The notes: generated by a model from the letters alone, not told the origin. A DNA stretch of 64,000 bases from Bacteroidota bacterium (GCA_027621365.1 JAQCBH010000001.1:200724-264723); one strand, 5' to 3'; counted from the first letter of the stretch, positions 7,719 to 17,196 are shown. Numbers and translations are program-made.

Positions 7719-9143
7719 TTAAGTATTTGAATTGGAAAAAAGTTTGGCCATCCTACTAATAAAATAAACCCATGCTATTTCGAGACAGTAAACTTGATAA
7801 ACCGAGATGGATCTGAGCTGCCAATATTGAATGATTTCACTGGGTACTCTCTCCCAGAGAAATAGAAATACCCGCATGGCCTCATTCTCCATCCAATAAA
7901 AGTTGGGCGGAAACAAAAGCCCTACCCAAAACAACGGAATTAGTAACCCGAGCAATGGGGCTAAAAAAATGGCACCCACCCAGAATCCGAGGGAAAAACT
8001 CTTATTGACAAAAACCAAAATTGGGAATGTCACTAGTACGCATACCATTGAAACGAGCAATAGCTGCGCTCCTTTGTTTTTAAAGGGAAACAACGGGACC
8101 ATGTAAATCAAGGCCGCAGTAGCCGCATAACTCAACTGAAACCCCATATCAAACGCATCTTGGGGTCGAATCACCAGTTGAATCAACAAGGAAATGGGCC
8201 AAACAAACCTCGCTTCAGTAGGGCGCTGGAGTATGGTTCTTCCCAACACAAACCAGGTGACAAAAAGCGCGGCCCTCAAGACCGAAGGAACCATATGGCA
8301 AATGGCGGCATAGCCCCAAACCAGCAGAAGCAAAATCACTTCACCAACCCGCACCCACCGCATCCCCAAGGGTAGAAGCCGTAAACCCCATTTCAAACAC
8401 TGAAAGAACATCCCAATGTGAAGGCCCGAAATGGCCAATACATGCATCAACCCTAAATCCTGAACTCGTTTGATTTCTGGAGATTCAAACTGGCCTTTAT
8501 CTCCCAGCACTAGGGCCATCGCCCAAGGTCTAACCGCAGCACTTGAACGTCGGCTCAATCTCCCTCGAATGGCTTGACGGATTCGGTACAGGATGGGCAA
8601 TTTCTGACGACCGATTGCTTTCACTTGCCTGTTTGCATAAACGGCATAGGCTTGTCCGTGATCCAAACTCCAACGCGCATAACAAAAACGCCCGGGCTCA
8701 TGGCCTTTGCAGCACAGCGGTGTAATTTGTTTTGAGCTCAGGAGAAAGACGCATCCCGGCTGCAGGTCTCCTTTTCTAAGTCTCAACCTCAACGGAGTTT
8801 CCATCCCCTCTACCTGAATAAGATACGTTGATTTGGATTCATTCAAGGGCTCCAAACACACGGCTTTCAATATGACTGGCAGGGAAATCAGAGCCGCAGA
8901 TTGCAAACGCTGAAACCGCAAACTACCCCAGGCCATTCCCAACAGGAGCAGGACCCCCATCATGGGCCTATTCAACCATCGAAATATGCATTCTACCCCT
9001 ATGGCCAGGAGCCATACAGCCGAGGGGACAGCATGGAGCAAAGGCCAGTCTTCTGGATAAAAATGGGATCGGGCAAAGCAAATGCCCCATAAAAAGGAAG
9101 CAGCTTGAAGGATTCTTGTTTGAACCAGATTGGGGCTATTCAT
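7719..9143 (-). CDS. ComEC/Rec2 family membrane protein (competence domain; no metallo-beta-lactamase domain)
   Basis: Polytopic membrane protein with the ComEC competence-domain motif LMHVLAISGLHIGMFF. At 474 aa it is shorter than full-length ComEC. Confidence 0.7.
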   Translation of the reverse strand: MNSPNLVQTRILQAASFLWGICFARSHFYPEDWPLLHAVPSAVWLLAIGVECIFRWLNRPMMGVLLLLGMAWGSLRFQRLQSAALISLPVILKAVCLEPLNESKSTYLIQVEGMETPLRLRLRKGDLQPGCVFLLSSKQITPLCCKGHEPGRFCYARWSLDHGQAYAVYANRQVKAIGRQKLPILYRIRQAIRGRLSRRSSAAVRPWAMALVLGDKGQFESPEIKRVQDLGLMHVLAISGLHIGMFFQCLKWGLRLLPLGMRWVRVGEVILLLLVWGYAAICHMVPSVLRAALFVTWFVLGRTILQRPTEARFVWPISLLIQLVIRPQDAFDMGFQLSYAATAALIYMVPLFPFKNKGAQLLLVSMVCVLVTFPILVFVNKSFSLGFWVGAIFLAPLLGLLIPLFWVGLLFPPNFYWMENEAMRVFLFLWERVPSEIIQYWQLRSISVYQVYCLEIAWVYFISRMAKLFSNSNT

Positions 9144-9170
9144 GGTGCAGATCGAACTGCACCCGCCACC

Positions 9171-9935
9171 TTAGATCAAGCGCTTCAAACTTCGGGCCAA
9201 ATCAGAGGCCGACTCGTCTTTGCGCTTCCAATCGCATTCGTTGTACCAACGGTCGTACACATCAGACGAACCACTGGCTCCAGCACGCACATATTCTTCG
9301 ATAAACAACAGAAAACGACTCATGTCGCCCCCAAACAAGAAATTCGCAAATTCAAAGCGGCGAGACATAGACAAAGACATCAATATGGCATTGGCATCCA
9401 GTTCCGGCGCATGATTGGCAGCTTCTGCGGCTTTGGGAGCTTCCTCAATAGAAGGCTCTGCGATTTCTGCAACGATTTCATGAACGGGGTCCCCTGTTTC
9501 TTCGATTTCTGACTCTTGCTGAAACTCGACAAGGGAAACTTCTGTGGATGGGGTTTCAACGGCCATCGGTTCGCTCGCGATTTCGATCGTCTTCTCTTCA
9601 GCCTGAAGGGGTTCTTCCACGGCTTCAACAGAAGGGGCTTCTGTTTTCAAGATTTCTTCAGCGGGAGAGGCTTCAGCAGCTGATGAGTCAGACTCTTCCA
9701 CATCGACTTCAAGACCGCTTTCCTTCTCCTCCATTTTGGCTACCCATTCATCCAACTCTGCTGCACTGGGAGCTTGAGATTCCATGATGGCCAAATCCAA
9801 TTCTAGGTATAGGCGGGCGGCCAATGATTTTGTTCTCTCCATTTGCTCGACAGTTTGTGCTGTCTGCTCGCTGTTTGCTATACTTGCCAACTCGTTTAGC
9901 AAGCTTTGAATGGGATGGATTGCTTGGTCGTTCAT
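9171..9935 (-). CDS. Hypothetical acidic low-complexity protein
   Basis: 254 aa. The central region is rich in Glu, Ala, Ser and Pro (EVDVEESDSSAAEASPAEE...), flanked by conserved-looking N- and C-terminal segments. Transcribed divergently from tdk. Confidence 0.4.
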   Translation of the reverse strand: MNDQAIHPIQSLLNELASIANSEQTAQTVEQMERTKSLAARLYLELDLAIMESQAPSAAELDEWVAKMEEKESGLEVDVEESDSSAAEASPAEEILKTEAPSVEAVEEPLQAEEKTIEIASEPMAVETPSTEVSLVEFQQESEIEETGDPVHEIVAEIAEPSIEEAPKAAEAANHAPELDANAILMSLSMSRRFEFANFLFGGDMSRFLLFIEEYVRAGASGSSDVYDRWYNECDWKRKDESASDLARSLKRLI

Positions 9936-9964
9936 TCGGAGGCTAAGTTACAACGAACTGTGCA

Positions 9965-10522
9965 TTGAACATGAGAGACTTTACCCTGATCTACGGTTGT
10001 ATGTTCGCTGGAAAAACCACCGAACTCATTGGCCAATACAATGCCAGCACTGTTGACAATCATGAAAGATTGGCTGTAAAACCCTTGTTGGACAATCGTT
10101 ACCAAGCAGCGTCTATTAATACTCATTCCGGCTTGCAAATGCCCGGTCACCGCATTGCCAAAGCAGAAGAAATCTATACCCTGATCACCCCTTTCACCAA
10201 AGAACTCTACATCGATGAAGTTCAATTCATGGGCCCCTATGTCATTGAAATCATCGGAGAAATGATGATGAATGGTGTGCGAATCGTAGCGGCTGGCTTA
10301 GACAAGGATTACTTGAATCGCGATTTCGGACCCATGAGAGCCTTGAAAAACTTGGCCACAAACCGAATTCAGGTATATGCCAAATGCAACGTGTGCGGAG
10401 GCAAAGCCCAATACACCTACCGCCAATCTGACTCCAAAGAATTGGTATTGGTAGGACACAATGACGCCTATGAAGCCCGCTGTTTGGAGCATTGGGAAGA
10501 CGGAATGAAGGGGAGATTGTAA
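9965..10522 (+). CDS. tdk: Thymidine kinase
   Basis: P-loop (GCMFAGKTTELI) and a C-terminal zinc ribbon (CNVCGGKAQYTYR...YEARCLEHW). Confidence 0.9.
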   Translation: MNMRDFTLIYGCMFAGKTTELIGQYNASTVDNHERLAVKPLLDNRYQAASINTHSGLQMPGHRIAKAEEIYTLITPFTKELYIDEVQFMGPYVIEIIGEMMMNGVRIVAAGLDKDYLNRDFGPMRALKNLATNRIQVYAKCNVCGGKAQYTYRQSDSKELVLVGHNDAYEARCLEHWEDGMKGRL

Positions 10523-10530
10523 TAACCTGA

Positions 10531-11262
10531 TCAAATGAACAGGGGAAGCAGCAATAGCAAATCCAATCCAAATCGGTACCAGCGCATCGGCAAAAACCAG
10601 GAGGGTCGAAGAAAGGCTGCGAGGTAACCGCTAATCGCGAGCCCCATTCCCCAGTGGGTAAGTCCAAGTGAAGCGCCTGCTTTCCAGGCTATGGCCAATA
10701 CCAAGGCAATAGCCACAAACAACATCATCACATTCGTTTTATCCAAGGACCATGGATTGGGCTCCGTCATGCGCTGATCCTTGTCCAATTCGAGATAAGC
10801 AAAAGCGAATACATTGAGCCAAACCAGTAGCAAACAGGCGAAATAAAAGCCCCACAATGACTGCTCGCTCTGCATGAGGGGCACAGCCATGGTTCCTGCA
10901 ATTCCCAACAACATGAGTACCGGACTAGCCCATGCGGCCCAGCGGTGCTGAGTGTGTCTCATGTAGGCATAAGCCCCCAAGACCAGTAGCACCGGCCAGC
11001 CCATCTTTAGGGTAAGCCATGAATCAGCCCATCCCATTCGAAGTCCAGCGAGGATGATCAAGATGGCACCCACCAAACCCCAAGCTGAGGCAAACCAAAA
11101 CCAACTATCGGGCACAACCGCCCCTTTCTGTTTTCGTCTGTAAGCGTCGCGCGAAAAATCCAAGGAATACACCAACAGCACGGAGCCGACTACCCCTTGC
11201 AGCCATGGAATCAAAAACCTCGATTCGGTTTGGGCACCCAATTCCATGCTAAAAAACCACAT
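10531..11262 (-). CDS. Hypothetical polytopic membrane protein
   Basis: Multiple hydrophobic helices. The start was moved to the internal Met (MWFFSMELGAQ) to avoid a 65-nt overlap with the upstream nfu-like gene; the true start is uncertain. Confidence 0.4.
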   Translation of the reverse strand: MWFFSMELGAQTESRFLIPWLQGVVGSVLLVYSLDFSRDAYRRKQKGAVVPDSWFWFASAWGLVGAILIILAGLRMGWADSWLTLKMGWPVLLVLGAYAYMRHTQHRWAAWASPVLMLLGIAGTMAVPLMQSEQSLWGFYFACLLLVWLNVFAFAYLELDKDQRMTEPNPWSLDKTNVMMLFVAIALVLAIAWKAGASLGLTHWGMGLAISGYLAAFLRPSWFLPMRWYRFGLDLLLLLPLFI

Positions 11263-11317
11263 TCCGAGCACCAAAGCCGGAATCGGAATACCAAGAAGCT
11301 GCAAAAAGGCCTCTCGC

Positions 11318-11560
11318 TTAAACGTTTTTAAGGGCTGTAATTTTTCCAAGGCCAGGGAAAGAACGACGCAGGCTTTCTTCAATGCCGGCCGTCATGGTCA
11401 TGTCGCTCATGGAACAGGTGCTGCAAGCGCCCACCAAGCGAAGGGTTACGTCCAGCTCTTCTGAAATAGACACCAATTCCACATCGCCACCGTCGGCTTG
11501 CAAATAGGGTCGAATGCTGTTTAACACTTGTTCTACTTCTTCGTGAGAGGGCTGCGCCAT
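11318..11560 (-). CDS. NifU-like (Nfu) Fe-S cluster scaffold/carrier domain protein
   Basis: 80 aa with the Nfu C-terminal-domain CxxC motif (GACSTCSMSDMTM). Confidence 0.8.
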   Translation of the reverse strand: MAQPSHEEVEQVLNSIRPYLQADGGDVELVSISEELDVTLRLVGACSTCSMSDMTMTAGIEESLRRSFPGLGKITALKNV

Positions 11561-11573
11561 AGCACAAAGATAA

Positions 11574-12641
11574 TCAATTCTCGGACTGAGAATATTGCTG
11601 AATGCTCAAGGCGCGTGCCAGTTCTTGAGCAGCTACACGATACGCCAATTGAGTGGCGTCATCGGCACGAAGCAATCCGCTATCAGCTTGACGCATCACC
11701 TCCGGATTCATGGGAATCTCTGCCAACAAAGGTACCTGATGGGCTTCTGCCAATTGCTTGCCTCCGCCTTGGCCAAACAAATAGTATCGCTTATCGGGTG
11801 CATCATCAGGAGTGAAATAAGACATGTTCTCCACGATTCCCAAAATGGGCTTGGCAATACCCGGCAACTGGAACATATCGATGGCTCTTCGCGCATCAGC
11901 CAAGGCCATTTCTTGGGGAGTGGTCACTATCACTACACCAGAAAGAGGAGCCGATTGTGCCAATGAAATTTGCACATCTCCGGTTCCTGGTGGCAAGTCG
12001 ACAATGAGGTAGTCCAAATCTCCCCAATCAACATCTTGCAAGAGTTGTTTCAGCGCACTTGAAACCATGGGGCCTCGCCATACAACGGCTTGACCAGGTG
12101 CGGTCAAAAACCCAATGCTCAGCAATTTGATGCCTTGGCGCTCCAAGGGAACCATGAGGTTTTTGCCTTCCACTTCCCGCATCTCAGGAGCTTCGTGCAC
12201 CCCGAACAAGGTCGGCACTGATGGGCCGTAAATATCGGCATCCAAGAGACCCACTTTGGCTCCCAATGAAGCCAAATTCAAAGCCAATGAAGCGGCCACG
12301 GTGCTCTTTCCTACCCCGCCTTTCCCGCTTCCAACGGCAATGATGTGTTTGACACCTTTTAAGTAGTGCTCATTCTCTTTCTGTTGCTGGACGCGGCTTG
12401 TAGCGTGGATACGAACCGGTATGTTTGGGTCAACCATGACCCGAATGGCGTTTTTACAGGCCTGAACCAGCATGTCCTTCATGGGACAAGCGGGGGTGGT
12501 CAACACCAAATCAAAAGAAATTTCTTCAGGACCAAATTCCAACTTCTCAATCATGCCCAAGGTGACCAAATCTTTCTTCAGATCGGGATCCTCGACATGA
12601 CTCAGGGCATGCAAAATTTTATCCTTACTCAGCTCGCTCAT
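11574..12641 (-). CDS. Mrp/NBP35 (ApbC) family Fe-S cluster carrier ATPase
   Basis: Deviant Walker A (GSGKGGVGKSTVAASLA), an N-terminal DUF59-like domain and the conserved CxxC region (TPACPM). Confidence 0.9.
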   Translation of the reverse strand: MSELSKDKILHALSHVEDPDLKKDLVTLGMIEKLEFGPEEISFDLVLTTPACPMKDMLVQACKNAIRVMVDPNIPVRIHATSRVQQQKENEHYLKGVKHIIAVGSGKGGVGKSTVAASLALNLASLGAKVGLLDADIYGPSVPTLFGVHEAPEMREVEGKNLMVPLERQGIKLLSIGFLTAPGQAVVWRGPMVSSALKQLLQDVDWGDLDYLIVDLPPGTGDVQISLAQSAPLSGVVIVTTPQEMALADARRAIDMFQLPGIAKPILGIVENMSYFTPDDAPDKRYYLFGQGGGKQLAEAHQVPLLAEIPMNPEVMRQADSGLLRADDATQLAYRVAAQELARALSIQQYSQSEN

Positions 12642-12949
12642 TTGAATAGATTAACAAGCCGAGCGAAAAAGCGTTTTTCGAATTCCCAGAAATATCGCCC
12701 TTGGCCGAATGCGAATCCGTAGACCAAAAGAACCAAATTGTAAACGGGAAGAATGGCTACGTAATAAACCAAATCGGAATACCAGTGATCGCCGAGCAAA
12801 GGCAAGGCGAATCGTTTGAGGTACACAACCGTCGAACCTGTCAAAGCAAAAACACACAAAATGAGCAAGACTTGACTGCGGGAACGAACCTTCCAACGCT
12901 CTTGTAGACGGTTTAAAAAACTCACCTTGCAAAGGTAGCACAAAGCCAA
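12638..12949 (-). CDS. Small hypothetical membrane protein
   Basis: 103 aa with two predicted TM segments. It overlaps the mrp stop codon by 4 nt (ATGA). Only 12 bp separate its start from the divergent methyltransferase gene, so the start is uncertain. Confidence 0.35.
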   Translation of the reverse strand: MALCYLCKVSFLNRLQERWKVRSRSQVLLILCVFALTGSTVVYLKRFALPLLGDHWYSDLVYYVAILPVYNLVLLVYGFAFGQGRYFWEFEKRFFARLVNLFK

Positions 12950-12961
12950 GACCTTTGTCCC

Positions 12962-13681
12962 ATGTTAGAAGCCCAAACCCTTCATTTGATCCCTTTGCCC
13001 ATCGGCGAAAACAGCTGGAACCAAATGGACTCGGCGCTGCTCAATCACAGCTTGCAAAACCTGAATGTATGGGTGGCTGAAAACGCGCGCACGCTGAGGC
13101 GCTTTCTCTCAGCGAGAAAACTGGGCATCGACTTGGACAAGCTGCAGATCTGCGAACTCACTCGAGACACAGATGACAAAGATTTGACAGCTTTTTTGGA
13201 CAAACACCGCGGGAACGGGCCCATTGGTTTGTGCTCAGAAGCGGGGTTGCCTTGCATTGCTGACCCAGGCAGCCGCATCGTCAACCTTTGCCACAAGCGC
13301 GGCATGCGCATTCATCCCTACATCGGTCCTAGCAGCATCTTGCTGGCTCTTTCTGCCAGCGGATTGCACGGCCAAGCCTTTACCTTTCACGGTTATGCCC
13401 CGGTCAAAACCGAAGACTTGCAAGAGCATTTCCAGGGCTTAAACAAAAACAAACACCAGGCCCACAGCCATTTGTTCATCGAAGCACCCTACCGAAGCGA
13501 TCGTTTCCTGGAGATGGCCACTAAGCACCTTGATGGGGATTGGTACCTTTCAGTTTCTAGCGACCTACAGGGAGAGAACGAGCGCATTCAAACGCGACGC
13601 TTGAGCGAATGGAAAAACCATTTGAACAGCTTGGGCAAAACACCCTGTCTGTTTGTTTTGGGACAACCGAGCCCGCGTTGA
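12962..13681 (+). CDS. Tetrapyrrole-methylase-superfamily SAM-dependent methyltransferase (RsmI-like)
   Basis: N-terminal LHLIPLPIGEN matches the RsmI-type LYxVxTPIGN motif, and SEAGLPCIADPG matches the SDAGTPGISDPG motif. Confidence 0.65.
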   Translation: MLEAQTLHLIPLPIGENSWNQMDSALLNHSLQNLNVWVAENARTLRRFLSARKLGIDLDKLQICELTRDTDDKDLTAFLDKHRGNGPIGLCSEAGLPCIADPGSRIVNLCHKRGMRIHPYIGPSSILLALSASGLHGQAFTFHGYAPVKTEDLQEHFQGLNKNKHQAHSHLFIEAPYRSDRFLEMATKHLDGDWYLSVSSDLQGENERIQTRRLSEWKNHLNSLGKTPCLFVLGQPSPR

Positions 13682-13751
13682 CCCGGTTTTTGCGAGGCGT
13701 TTCAAAGACCAATCAGATGTTGTACTTTTGCGGCATCGTAAATCGCTTTCA

Positions 13752-14999
13752 ATGAAAGACATTTTTGAAAAAATAGAATCGCGCATGGGTCCCTTGGGGA
13801 TGTATGCCGATGACTCTCATGGCTATTACACCTTCCCCAAGTTGGAAGGTCCTATTGGTCCCCGCATGGTATTTCGCGGCAAAACCCGCTTGAACTGGTC
13901 ACTGAACAATTATTTGGGATTGGCCAATCACCCCGAGGTCATGAAGGCCGACGCCGACGCTGCCCAGCAGTTCGGTATGGCTTATCCCATGGGTGCGCGA
14001 ATGATGAGCGGTAACTCGAATTACCACGAACAACTGGAACAAGATTTGGCTTCCTTCATTGGCAAGCCCGATGTGATTTTGTTGAACTACGGATATCAGG
14101 GCGTATTGAGCGCCATTGATGCCTTGGTTGATCGTCACGACATCATCGTGTACGATGCCGAATCTCATGCTTGCATCATCGACGGTGTTCGTTTGCACAT
14201 GGGTAAGCGCTTCGTCTACACCCACAACAACATGGAAAGCCTCGAGCAACAGCTCAAGCGCGCTACGCGTTTGGCTGAGCAAACAGGCGGTGCCATTTTG
14301 GTCATCACCGAGGGTGTTTTCGGAATGAGCGGTTCTCAAGGAAAGTTGGCCGAAATCGTTGCCATGAAAGAACGCTATAATTTCCGCTTGTTCGTTGACG
14401 ACGCCCATGGATTCGGCACAATGGGTAAAACCGGTGCTGGAACGGGTGAAGAGCAGAATTGCATGGATGGCATCGATGTATACTTCTCTACGTTTGCCAA
14501 ATCCATGGCGGGTATCGGAGCTTTCATTGGCTCTACTCCTCAGGTCATCAAATTCTTGCGCTACAACATGCGCTCACAGATTTATGCCAAGGCCTTGCCT
14601 ATGCCTTTGGTTATTGGCTCTATAAAGCGCTTGGAGTTGATTCGCACTCGTCCTGAGTTGAAAGACAACTTGTGGAAGATTGTCGACGCTTTGCAAAATG
14701 GTTTGAGAGAAGCTGGTTTCAACATCGGCGTAACCACCACTCCCGTTACCCCTGTATTGTTGAACGGAACGATTCCTGAAGCCACCCACATGACCCACGA
14801 TTTGCGCGAGAACTACAACATTTTCTGTAGCATTGTCGTGTATCCGGTGGTTCCCAAGGGTGTTATCATGTTGCGTTTGATCCCCACGGCTGTTCACAGC
14901 TTGGACGACGTGGCTGAGACCATTGCGGCCTTCAAAGCCATCAAGGGCAAATTGGACAATGGCGAGTACCGCCAAGAGAAACTCGCGCAGTTTCAATAA
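13752..14999 (+). CDS. PLP-dependent alpha-oxoamine synthase family protein (KBL / 8-amino-7-oxononanoate synthase / serine palmitoyltransferase family)
   Basis: 416 aa from the internal Met MKDIFEK. The family signature region NYLGLANHPEV is present, and the PLP-lysine is in STFAKSMAG. The ORF-track N-terminal extension (start 13653) overlaps the upstream gene. Confidence 0.8.
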   Translation: MKDIFEKIESRMGPLGMYADDSHGYYTFPKLEGPIGPRMVFRGKTRLNWSLNNYLGLANHPEVMKADADAAQQFGMAYPMGARMMSGNSNYHEQLEQDLASFIGKPDVILLNYGYQGVLSAIDALVDRHDIIVYDAESHACIIDGVRLHMGKRFVYTHNNMESLEQQLKRATRLAEQTGGAILVITEGVFGMSGSQGKLAEIVAMKERYNFRLFVDDAHGFGTMGKTGAGTGEEQNCMDGIDVYFSTFAKSMAGIGAFIGSTPQVIKFLRYNMRSQIYAKALPMPLVIGSIKRLELIRTRPELKDNLWKIVDALQNGLREAGFNIGVTTTPVTPVLLNGTIPEATHMTHDLRENYNIFCSIVVYPVVPKGVIMLRLIPTAVHSLDDVAETIAAFKAIKGKLDNGEYRQEKLAQFQ

Positions 15000-15070
15000 T
15001 TGCCAATCACCTTCCCCATTTGGGGAAATTTGCCGAGCATAGGCCTCATGAAGCCAGGCATTTTTGCTTC

Positions 15071-15727
15071 ATGAACTTAAAGACCTCTACGAAAAAGCCA
15101 GTCTCCGGACTGGCTTTTTTCTTAAGTGCCCTTTGCATCGCTTGGATCGCCTGGCCAGAACGCATTGGGGGCATCCCTGACTTGCAATCTGACTCCACTT
15201 CGGCCATCAAAGTTCATCCAACACCGTTCAGAGCATTCGCTCATGAAGATTATCAAGCCAAGCGCCGACTTAGCAAGACCAAACAGGACTATTCAAAACT
15301 CCCCTACTCGGAGCCACGCTTTAGCCAGCCTCCTGCCCTGGTCATCGACATCAACGAAGCCGACTCGATTGATTGGGTGCAGATTCCCGGCATTGGCCCA
15401 AAAACGGCAAGGCGAATTGTGGCTTCCCGAATTAAGTTGCATGGATTTTACTCGGTCAATCAATTGTTAGACGTATACTATTTCGATAGCAATTTGCTGC
15501 AGTCCAACCGCGTTAAATTCCGAGTAAAGCCCCGGTCGTGGAAGGGATTGAACTGGGACAGCATTCACTCCAAACAAGACCTGTTTCACCCCTATTTATC
15601 GGCCTCGCAGCGCAATAGTCTCTGGGCCTACAAATGCCAACACCCTGATTTCGACCCCAGACATAGCCCCAAACCTATGTGCATCGATAGCATCACTTGG
15701 ACCCGACTCAAACCCTATTGGATGTAA
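15071..15727 (+). CDS. ComEA-like helix-hairpin-helix DNA-binding protein
   Basis: Signal/anchor MNLKTSTKKPVSGLAFFLSALCIAWIA, and an HhH motif IDWVQIPGIGPKTARRIVASR. Confidence 0.6.
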   Translation: MNLKTSTKKPVSGLAFFLSALCIAWIAWPERIGGIPDLQSDSTSAIKVHPTPFRAFAHEDYQAKRRLSKTKQDYSKLPYSEPRFSQPPALVIDINEADSIDWVQIPGIGPKTARRIVASRIKLHGFYSVNQLLDVYYFDSNLLQSNRVKFRVKPRSWKGLNWDSIHSKQDLFHPYLSASQRNSLWAYKCQHPDFDPRHSPKPMCIDSITWTRLKPYWM

Positions 15728-15794
15728 ACAAACAATTGCAGCATACTGACTGAAATCAGTCTTTTTGCTCTTGTGGCTTACCTATCTTTGAATC

Positions 15795-16943
15795 ATGCAA
15801 ACTCATTTTCAGGAAACGGACAGCACCCAGATGGTGCGTCAAACGGTCAAAGACTTTGCCGAACGCCAAGTGCGTCCTCACGTCATGGAATGGGATGAGT
15901 CTCAAGAGTTTCCCAGACATGTATTCACGGCTTTGGGAGAATTGGGTTTGATGGGTGTTTTGGTACCCGAAACCTATGGCGGAAGTGGCTTGGGTTACCA
16001 AGAATATGTGGCCGCTATTGATGAGTTGGCTCAAGTATGCGGTTCCATCGGTTTGAGCATGGCCGCTCACAACAGCCTCTGCACGGGGCACATCTTGCAA
16101 TTCGGATCGGAAGAACAAAAAATGCGCTGGCTGCCCAAACTCGCTTCGGGTGAGCATTTGGGAGCTTGGGGCCTAACCGAGGCCAACACGGGTTCAGATG
16201 CCCTACGCATGCAATGTGTCGCTAAAAAGGACGGGGACGAGTGGGTACTCAATGGGGCCAAGAACTGGATCACTCATGGCATCAGCGGCGACATTGCCGT
16301 GGTTTTGGCTAGAACGGGTGACCTTTTGGACTCTCACGGCATCACAGCTTTTGTAGTTGAACGAGGCACCCCTGGTTTTTCAGGTGGCAAAAAAGAAAAT
16401 AAATTGGGTATGCGCGCCAGCGAAACAGCCGAAATGATCTTTCAAGATTGCCGTATTCCCGACACTCAGCGTTTGGGCAACATTGGTGAAGGATTCATAC
16501 AAGCCATGAAAGTGCTGGATGGCGGTCGAATCAGCATTGCCGCCCTCTCACTAGGAATAGCCAAAGGAGCCTTCAAAGCCGCTACTCAGTACTCCAAAGA
16601 GCGGGAACAATTCGGAAAATCCATTTCTCAGTTCCAGGCCATTGCTTTCAAATTAGCCGATATGGCCACTCGAATCGAAGCGGCAGAACTGTTGACTTTG
16701 CAAGCGGCAGATCTTAAAAACCGCGGCTTAAAAATGACCAAAGAAAGCGCCATGGCCAAGTATTATGCCAGTGAGGCTTCGGTATTTTGTGCCAACGAAG
16801 CCGTTCAGATTTTTGGTGGCTATGGGTACACCAAAGATTTCCCCGTTGAGAAATTCTACCGCGATTGCAAACTGTGCACCATAGGCGAAGGAACTTCGGA
16901 AATCCAAAAACTGGTAATTTCCCGCTCTGTTTTGCAGGATTGA
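15795..16943 (+). CDS. Acyl-CoA dehydrogenase (short/branched-chain type)
   Basis: 382 aa with ACAD family signatures throughout, including ...GGYGYTKDFPVEKFYRDCKLCTIGEGTSEIQ. Confidence 0.9.
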   Translation: MQTHFQETDSTQMVRQTVKDFAERQVRPHVMEWDESQEFPRHVFTALGELGLMGVLVPETYGGSGLGYQEYVAAIDELAQVCGSIGLSMAAHNSLCTGHILQFGSEEQKMRWLPKLASGEHLGAWGLTEANTGSDALRMQCVAKKDGDEWVLNGAKNWITHGISGDIAVVLARTGDLLDSHGITAFVVERGTPGFSGGKKENKLGMRASETAEMIFQDCRIPDTQRLGNIGEGFIQAMKVLDGGRISIAALSLGIAKGAFKAATQYSKEREQFGKSISQFQAIAFKLADMATRIEAAELLTLQAADLKNRGLKMTKESAMAKYYASEASVFCANEAVQIFGGYGYTKDFPVEKFYRDCKLCTIGEGTSEIQKLVISRSVLQD

Positions 16944-16975
16944 TTGCATTTATAGTTCACTAATTCCTATATTTG
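16944..16975 (+). promoter_or_regulatory. Putative Bacteroidetes sigma-A promoter for rpsU (-33 TTG, -7 TATATTTG)
   Basis: TATATTTG at 16968-16975 matches the Bacteroidetes -7 consensus TAnnTTTG. A TTG lies 22 nt upstream at 16944-16946. The rpsU ATG is 24 nt downstream. Confidence 0.4.
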
Positions 16976-16998
16976 CAACCCCAAAAACAAAGAAAAAC

Positions 16999-17196
16999 AT
17001 GCTCGTAATCAACGTAAAAGAAAACGATTCGTTAGAAAAAGCACTGAAGAAATTCAAGAAGAAGTTCGAAAAGACTGGTGTCGTAAAAGAATTGCGCAGC
17101 CGTCAAGCTTTCGAAAAGCCTTGCGTAACGAAGCGTTTGCAGCGCATCAAAGCCGCTTATAAGCAGCAGATGCAGACTCAGCACAACGAAGCATAA
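16999..17196 (+). CDS. rpsU: 30S ribosomal protein S21
   Basis: 65 aa basic protein, MLVINVKENDSLEKALKKFKKKFEKTGVVKELRSRQAFEKP, matching the S21 family. Confidence 0.9.
   Translation: MLVINVKENDSLEKALKKFKKKFEKTGVVKELRSRQAFEKPCVTKRLQRIKAAYKQQMQTQHNEA

Noticed and set aside
9380-9628. Highly basic 82-aa ORF (rich in K, R, P, S, Q) in an alternative frame of the acidic-protein gene
   Set aside because: A frame-shifted reading of GAA/GAG/GCT-rich repeats inevitably produces Lys/Arg/Ser-rich peptides. It is a compositional artefact rather than an overprinted gene.
13899-14996. Minus-strand ORFs of 140-169 aa inside the KBL/AONS-family gene
   Set aside because: They are antisense to a well-supported PLP-enzyme gene, have low-complexity translations and show no start-site signals.
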